Below are positions 56,286 to 64,000 of a stretch of 64,000 nt of DNA, in pieces. The notes beneath the pieces were generated by a model. It was not told the origin of the DNA. It did not search any database and saw only the letters and a program-made list of their open reading frames with translations. The position numbers were made by a program, and so were the translations under genes. The first letter of the stretch is position 1; every line of letters begins with the position of its first letter. The stretch lies in the NCBI GenBank assembly GCA_951406725.2, contig OX597829.1, positions 25,730,001-25,794,000 on the forward strand, in the 5' to 3' direction. The DNA is from Octopus vulgaris (lineage: Eukaryota).

Positions 56286-57414
56286 ATAATTTCCAGACTT
56301 AAAAAATAAGTGATGGGTTCGATGTGTTCGGCTAAACCCTTTAAGGCCGTTCCCCAGCATGAGTGCAGTCTAATGACAGAAACAAGTAAGAGACAAAAGA
56401 TTGAAAAAAAAAAATGGGGGAAAGAAACGAACGAATTTATCTGACAACCTCGTACTCGGTGCGTACAATATACAGAGGTACGACAATGGCGCTATAGTGG
56501 TTAGTGCAGTAGTTGTATAGAGTTACGGATGATGATGGACAGTGGTGGTACCCTGGTTAATTTCAGTGGATGTCATCTCTATGTAAAAGATAGCTTGACC
56601 GCTGATAAAATAAACAGGATGTAACTCCATAGCGTAAACACTATTTCAACCGTCACATTCCACGCATTCAAGTGTTCCCTAGAAATTTCTTCATGTCCAT
56701 TCCTTTTGCTTTCCAATATACCATCCTTTAGCCGTCATGTAAGAAGGGTTTCTGTTTCGTTACTATTATTATTATTTTTTTTTTAGACATTCTTTTATAT
56801 TTACTTTTATATTTTATCCCGCTCGCACAAATTTGTTCCCCTTTGGTGTCAAAAACTCTTCACCTCGACTGAATGGAGTGCGTGTGCGCAGGCGCATACA
56901 TGTGCTTGAGCCAGTGCCGTCGCAAGTCATGGATAATTTCTCGGGGGATCTCACGAGTCTATGGGCCCAATTCTAATCTATATTATGCTGTGGTTTGGTC
57001 TCAATAAACATATACTACAGGACCCATTGCACTGATTTGCTCGGGGGCCTATAATGCTGCAAAGTCGGCCCTGGTATCAGTAGTGCTTGTGAGCGTGTAA
57101 ACTTATTAATATTTGTATATAAGAATATGCATGCGAATATGTATTCCTATGTAGTTATGTTTATATCCAAGCGTAAATGTATCTATAAATACATAAACAT
57201 AGCACACTCGCTGACTCACGTATAGATGCAAATATACCTAACTCCCTACTTACCTACCTTTCTACCTACCTACCTACCTACCTACCTACTTACCTACCTA
57301 CCTACCTACCTACCTACCTACCTACTTACCTACCTACATATCTACCTACCTACCTACCTACATACATACATACATACATACATACATACATACATACATA
57401 CATGCATGCATATA

Positions 57415-57587
57415 TAGGCGCAGGAGTGGCTGTGTGGTAAGTAGCTTGCTTCCCAACCACATGGTTCCGGGTTCATTCCCACTGCGTGGCACCTTGGGCA
57501 AGTGTCTTCTACTATAGCCTCGGGCTGACCAAAGCCTTGTGAGTGGATTTGGTAGACGGAAACTGAAAGAAGCCCGTCAGATATATG

Positions 57588-57654
<67 letters not shown>

Positions 57655-58306
57655 TTGTGTGTCTGAGTTTGTACCCCCAACATCGCTTGACAATCGATGC
57701 TGGTCTGTTTACGTCCCTGTAACTTAGCGGTTCGGCAAAAGAGACTGATAGAATAAGTACTAGGCTTACTAAGAATAAGCCCTGGGGTCAATTTGCTTGA
57801 CTAAAGGCGGTGCTCCAGCATGGCCGCAGTCAAATGACTGGAACAAGTAAGAGAGAGTAAGAGAGAGAGAGAGTATATATATACAAACATACATACTCTT
57901 TACTCTTTTATTTGTTTCAGTCATTTAACTGCGGCTGTGCTAGAGCACCGCCTTTAGTCGAGCAAATCGACCGCAGTATTTATTCTTTGTAAGCCTAGAA
58001 CGTATTTTATCAGTCACTTTTGCCGAACCGCTAATTACGGGAATGTAAACACACCAGCATCGGTTGTCAAGCGATGTAGGGGGGGGGAACAAACACAGAC
58101 ACACAAACATATACACACACATACATATATATATACATATATACGACGGGCTTCTTTCAGTTTCCGTCTACCAAATCCACTCACAATGCCTTGGTTGGCC
58201 CGAGGCTGTATTAGAAGACACTTGCCCAAGGTTCCACGCTGTGGGACTGAACCCGGAACCATGTGGTTCGTTAGCAAGCTACTTACCACACAGCCACTCC
58301 TACGCC
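57415..58306. mobile_element. Tail-to-tail pair of full-length SINE A copies (+57415-57875; -57894-58306)
   Basis: Two complete copies in opposite orientation about 18 bp apart. Confidence 0.93.
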
Positions 58307-58324
58307 TTACAAAAAAAAAAAAAA

Positions 58325-58775
58325 GAAATAGCATGGAAGGAAAATAGCACGGTCAGTGGCTATGGAGGCCAAGGCAGATACCGAAGACCAGTGGCTATGG
58401 ATACTGAGGAATGACCTGAAGATAGAGACAAAAGCACTTACATGCGCGGTACAAGAGCAAACGCTAAAGACGAACTATGTGAAGTGCAGAATTGGCAACA
58501 CAGCTGAGTGTGACAAATGCAAAATGTGTAGTGAGAGGGGTGAAACGGTATAGCACATTGTTAGCGAATGCCCAAAACAAGCACAACGCGATTACAAAAG
58601 ACATGAGAATGTGGAAAGAACTGGAAATCCCATGCAAGATTGGTATCTTGCGAAAAGCAACCTTATTGGGCACAGCGCAGATCTTAAGGAAAATATTATC
58701 TGTCTTAGGCCCTTGTAACTTGACTGATGACTAAAGACTCCGCGGCATTTTTACCTACACTGTATTAAGAAGGAA
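58325..58775 (+). mobile_element. R4/Dong-like LINE 3' remnant (CCHC knuckle, internal deletion)
   Basis: QWLW..DLKIETKAL.CAVQEQTLKTN, CKMCSERGETV*HIVSEC and KATLLGTAQILRKIL; AAT/AAC tail. Confidence 0.85.
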
Positions 58776-58811
58776 TAATAACAACAACAACAATAATAAT
58801 AATGATGATGA

Positions 58812-60470
58812 GGATTTCTTTTATTTGCCACCAGGGGGACAATACAAAGACAGACATAAAGTGTGAGGGGGGTTACATATAATGGAATGATAAAATAAAA
58901 AAGTATACATGGTATACAATAGAAGAAGGGAAGTATACATAACATGTGACACTAGAAAAAGAGGGGGAAAAGTGATATTGATGGGATCCCCCTGATACAG
59001 GAGGACTTCTAGGGATAATCAAGGAACCCCCACCATCCAAGATCACCCTGAATACCGAGGACGAGAGCCCTCTCCAACTTCTTTCTTTCGACTCACAGGT
59101 CTACACTGGAAGTGGTACCATCCACTCTTGCCATTTTCACAACTATCACTCACCTTTTCATAAATTCACTCGAGGACAGCACCTCCCTCTCCACCATCAT
59201 TTTCCTTTTCAAGTGAAACTTGAAAATATCGATGTGGGCATTACCAAAGAAGAATGCTGCTGTCCTCATTCCTTTCAGCCTTATCCACCAGATAACCTCT
59301 TTCGCCACAGCCGCCAGACAAAGGAAAACTGCTTTGCCAGCCCGATTAAAGTAGGGCGGCGGGGCAACCGTCATTATGGACTCGGCTGGCAGACGAATCT
59401 GTCCTACACGCGATAGCAGCCGTTCGATATAACTCCACAATGCCCGGACGCGAAATTTCTTTTCCTACGTGATTTCCAGACCTCAGTAATGAACCCATTT
59501 GCATACAACCAATCAGCGCTCAGCCTGATCTTGTTGTCAAGTTAACAAACACTCTCTACCAAGTAAACTCAAGACGAAGAACGGTGTTGTAAGTCGACCG
59601 ATCGCCAAGTTATGCCTGGTTTTAGAAGGAGACAAATAATTAGATTTGCATCTATACCTATTATCGGATTTTGTTAGGGCCCCATATAGTAAAGGTGTGG
59701 ATGGGAAAAATGTGGGTAGAGGGTGATGTGCCAGCAACCCTCTCCATTTACTGTTTTACAAAGTAAACAACAACACAAATAACTACGCAGAGGCAGCCAT
59801 GGTTGAAACAAGAACAAGAACAACAAGCATTCTTAAAAGAGAAAAGAAGCATGGTCATTCCTTAACCAAGTGACCTTATCTGATCACCCATCACTTGTTA
59901 TGCGCTCATAAATTAGTTTGATAGTTGAGCTTTGATTGACTGTACACAAATGAGTTCATAACTGGGGTCCGGAACTCTTGTGGGAAAAAAAATTCGCTGT
60001 CCAGACACTGAACGAGTGCATGCAGAACGGTTTCGTCGCTCTGCGAACAGCTCAGACAAGCTCATCTGACAGTACATCCTTGCTTGTAAAGTTTATCTCG
60101 AACCGGTAGCGCTCCTCGGTGGCGTCTTCCGGTAGCACTGCCAGGCCAAAGACATCTGGAAATTATCTATAACAGTCCCCGACCAGAAAATCGTCCGGAA
60201 TAGACTTGCCAGTTTGTCTTCGTCAACGCCTAGGGTTTCCTCAAGGACGTCGTCGCACTTCTCCGCTACTAATCCTCTGTAAATATCTAAAGTGAATCAT
60301 CAACCGGTCCTATTGTCCGACTTGTAGAGGACTGAGCATCTGACGACATTTTAAGTGCCAGGCGCCCAGTCTTGGCCTATCCTTTAACCAGGACTGCAGC
60401 TCCATCAAGGAGACGAGCTGCGGAAAGGCGTGAATCAGAAAAGAAACCCACACACGTTCACCTATAAATC
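58812..60470 (-). mobile_element. L1/Tx1-like LINE 3' portion
   Basis: CLSCSQSDETVLHALVQC zinc knuckle, AVAKEVIWWIR and a 3' UTR ending aataaaagaaatc. Confidence 0.75.
59450..59997. mobile_element. Old MULE-like MITE inserted in the L1/Tx1 element
   Basis: About 70-bp degenerate TIRs gcgaaattt../..aaattcgc; 9-bp TSD tgcccggac/tgtccagac. Confidence 0.7.
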
Positions 60471-60520
60471 GTTGCAGATGGCACAACCTGGGTGCATGTC
60501 TGCGCATAATAATGATAATA

Positions 60521-60734
60521 ACCGTTAGCACGCCGGGCGAAATGCGTAGCCGTATTTCGTCTGCCGTTACGTTCTGAGTTCAACTTCCGCCGTAGTCGAC
60601 TTTGCCTTTCATTCTTTCGGGGTGGATAAATTAAGTACCAGTTACGCACTGAGGTCGATGTAATCGACTTAATCCGTTTGTCTGTCTTTCTTTGTCCCCT
60701 CTATGTTTAGCCCCTTGTGGGCAATAAAGAAACA

Positions 60735-60735
<1 letters not shown>
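60521..60735 (+). mobile_element. SINE family B with (AAT)n tail
   Basis: Matches the unit at 13124-13350. Confidence 0.88.
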
Positions 60736-60783
<48 letters not shown>

Positions 60784-60785
60784 TA

Positions 60786-60863
<78 letters not shown>

Positions 60864-60965
60864 ATGATGATGACGACGACGATGATGATGATGATAGTAA
60901 TAACAACAACAAAGACAATAATAATAATGATAATAATAATAATAAAAAACACACCTCATTTGTGA

Positions 60966-61700
60966 GTGAAAATGCCAAGGAAACTAGATAACGATAACGG
61001 TGTGAACGGGACTGCGACCAATGGGGAAGTTGCCGCACCCGGCAGGTGTCCCATTGTGCAGCATGGTGGGCCCGGTCGTAATCCAGCGTCTGCTAGCCAT
61101 GCTATAAGACATAAGTGGAGTCAACAAGTAAACATGGTGGTTGTAGAGTGTTACTACCGAAGCACCCCAGTAGATGTGAATGGCGTGCCTGTCAGAGGGT
61201 ACAGAAACCGAATGCACAGTGAATGGAAGGCAACGGAACTATTTGAAATTCCAGAACAGAGATTATGTGACTAAGCAAGAACAATACGAAGGAATAGGTG
61301 GTTAACAGAACTGGGGCTAGAAGCTATTAAAAGAAGGATATCGGGTGATGCTGGGCATGCGAGAAACGAAAGTGGTATTATGGAAGAGATAGAGAACTGT
61401 TCACAAGAATTTGATACCGTGAATTGTGAAAGAATTGTGATCAATGACTACTCAAACAATGAAGATCGATTAATAATAGACAGAATTTTGGATCTATCAC
61501 ATACAGAAGGGATAGAATTTATATGCGACTCTAAGAAGACTAAACCAAGAAAAGAATATAGTCAATGTATTGAGACACATTGAAGCAAAGAACATCACAC
61601 AAATAATCTTATCAAGGTTGCTTGTAGGATTGTGGCAGAAGGATGGGATTGAGAACCGTTGAGAATAGAACAACGACTTCTTGCAAGGATGGTAACACAG
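60966..61700 (+). mobile_element. 5' end of an R4/Dong-like LINE ORF immediately after an (AAT)n array
   Basis: KWSQQVNMVVVECYYRS.P..GYRNRM..W..EQRLCD*ARTIRRNRWLTEL is the conserved N-terminal block of this clade; stops are present. Confidence 0.75.
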
Positions 61701-62076
61701 GGATAATTTCCCAAATAATTTATCAGTTACTTTTTTCTTTTTTTTCTTTTTTGATAATACCAAGTACTCCTACAATTACTGGTATTTTTAATGAGCAAAT
61801 CTTTATATTTTCTAAATTTGCCAAATTTTCTAGTCGAGATATAATGATCACAAGGAATACTCACGTCGATCAATAAATAGCTTTTATTGTTTTCGACTTT
61901 CATAATATCTGGTTTATTACCTTTGATGGTTCTGTCTGTATGTACAGGAAAGTCCCCCCCCCAAAAAAAATCGTTACATTTTCTCCCTTAGGGTGGTGCT
62001 TATTCCAATAATTTCGATTTATATAATGCCGACTTATTTACCAGTGTAGATATTGGCCAATTCTGTTAATGTCTTG

Positions 62077-62113
<37 letters not shown>

Positions 62114-62169
62114 CAAAGGCGGCGAGTTATTATTATTGTTGTTGTATGTTCGTTGTTGTTTTGAGTTCT

Positions 62170-62205
<36 letters not shown>

Positions 62206-62299
62206 GGGTTCGATTAAATAAGTACCAGTTAATCTTCTTCGATGTAATCGACTTCTTAGCTTCTTCTTCCCTTCTTCTTCTTCTCTATGTTCTAGCTTC

Positions 62300-62381
<82 letters not shown>

Positions 62382-62749
62382 AGAAGCGCAACTATTATTG
62401 GTAATAAATAGGGACTGACACTGTTTATTAAAATGAAAATGAAACGAATGAACAATATTCGACACTCCGTGTGTCTTTTACAAGTTCAAAATATAAAATG
62501 AAATAAAATTCAAAGAGAGGAAACGCTGGATCATTCAAAATTAAATCGGAATAACTGCATTTCTTCCCAAGTAAAACGACACAAAAATCAGTCTTTAGTC
62601 TTTCACAATAGGCAGCAGAAAGAAGGAAGGAAAGAAAGAAAAAACAAAAAACAAAAAGAAAGAAATGAATTGGATTAAAAAATTATTCCGTCAAACTGTT
62701 TAGTATAAATATGGTGGAATTCACCTGCCATTTTATTATTTCCTCCAGG

Positions 62750-63420
62750 CTGATATGTCGACAGCTTACAAATATATCTATCTTCTTCATGAAAAAATTT
62801 GAAATGCCGTTAATAGAGACATTCAACTCCCTGCATGGTCATGATCCTATACTCTGATTACGGTTCATTGACCACGTCTTTTTTGTCTGGGAGAGAACAC
62901 AGGATAGTTTAATCAAATTTTTATATTTCCCTGACTGCTTCGCGGAGACTATTGGTTTTAAGTCCAGAATAAAATTCACGTCGAGCTTTTCAATAACTAG
63001 CGTCGAATTTTTGGACACAAAAGTCGAGTTTTCGGAAGGCCGAATGGTCACAGAATTACTTTGCAAACTCACGTCATCAAATATTTATCTCCACCGCCGC
63101 TCTGATCATCCACATCATACAATCAGATCAAATCCGAAGTCCCAGTTCTTGAGGATACGATGTTATTTGCACAGACACTGGGAATTATTGGAAACATGCA
63201 AATAATTTTTGGGTGCCATTATGTAAAGCGCGGTTATAGTGAATCGAGATTAAAGGAAATTGCGAACGACTGCTGAAATTATTAGTGATAATCAAACTTC
63301 CACGCCTAATATTAGCAGTCAGAAAAGTGTTTATGGCCGAATTCCTTTAGTGATTAACTGGCACCGAAGTTTCGCTGGCATTTCAAAAGTGTTGCATGAA
63401 CAGTTACCGACATATTTCAG
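62750..63420 (+). mobile_element. Decayed Penelope-like element RT fragment
   Basis: LRFIDHVFFVW, KFT..VEFLDTKV, YLHRRSDHP..SNPKSQFLRIR, RGY and RIPLV. Confidence 0.85.
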
Positions 63421-63476
63421 AAAAAATATTCTCATTTCCGATATTGTTATTGTTGTTGTTGTTATTAATTATTATT

Positions 63477-63511
<35 letters not shown>

Positions 63512-63645
63512 CTTCTTAACCACATGGTTCTGGGTTCAATCCCACTGCGTGGCACCTTGGGCAATGGGGGTTTTCTCCTACAGCGTCGGGCCGACCAAGC
63601 TTTGTGAGTGGATTTGGTAAACGGAGACTTAAAGAAGCCCGTTGT

Positions 63646-63736
<91 letters not shown>

Positions 63737-64000
63737 GAATTTTGAGACAAACCGCTATTTAGTTAGTCCATCAATAGTGAAAAGATATTATCTACAATAA
63801 CCACATTAATTAGATAATTAATTAAATATCTTATAATTATTATTCTAAAAATCTCATGATAAATCAAACATTATATTGTGAATTTTGATTTAGTGAGCTA
63901 AATTGAAATTTTTTCCCTGTTGGCTTCTTGGAATTATTACATTCCCTAACTATATATATATATATATATATTGATAAAACGGTAAGATAACAAAAGAAAG

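Overview
AT-rich, microsatellite-saturated animal DNA, most likely a cephalopod (Octopus-like, inferred from the SINE families and the TA/CA/GATA/CATA/AAT arrays). I could not assemble any host gene, so it reads as intronic or intergenic. Nearly all listed ORFs are microsatellite or SINE read-throughs. The only long real ORF (13750-16035, minus strand, 761 aa) is a young, 5'-truncated CR1-group LINE with a 7-bp TSD. The rest is layered mobile DNA: three tRNA-derived SINE families, eight R4/Dong-like LINE remnants tied to (AAT)n, and remnants of L1/Tx1, RTE and Penelope elements. DNA elements include a Chapaev3-type transposon, mariner/Tc1/pogo/FLYWCH relics, hAT MITEs, a non-autonomous Helitron, GG-terminated TIR/foldback elements with 8-9 bp TSDs and two near-identical solo-LTR-like units. 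The most interesting signal is a set of minimal type I hammerhead-ribozyme motifs in short, unrelated units embedded in (TA)n, probably Penelope-like termini. One of them, at 54509-54548, has a compensatory U3-A8 core. All family names come from motif recognition by eye, not database searches.
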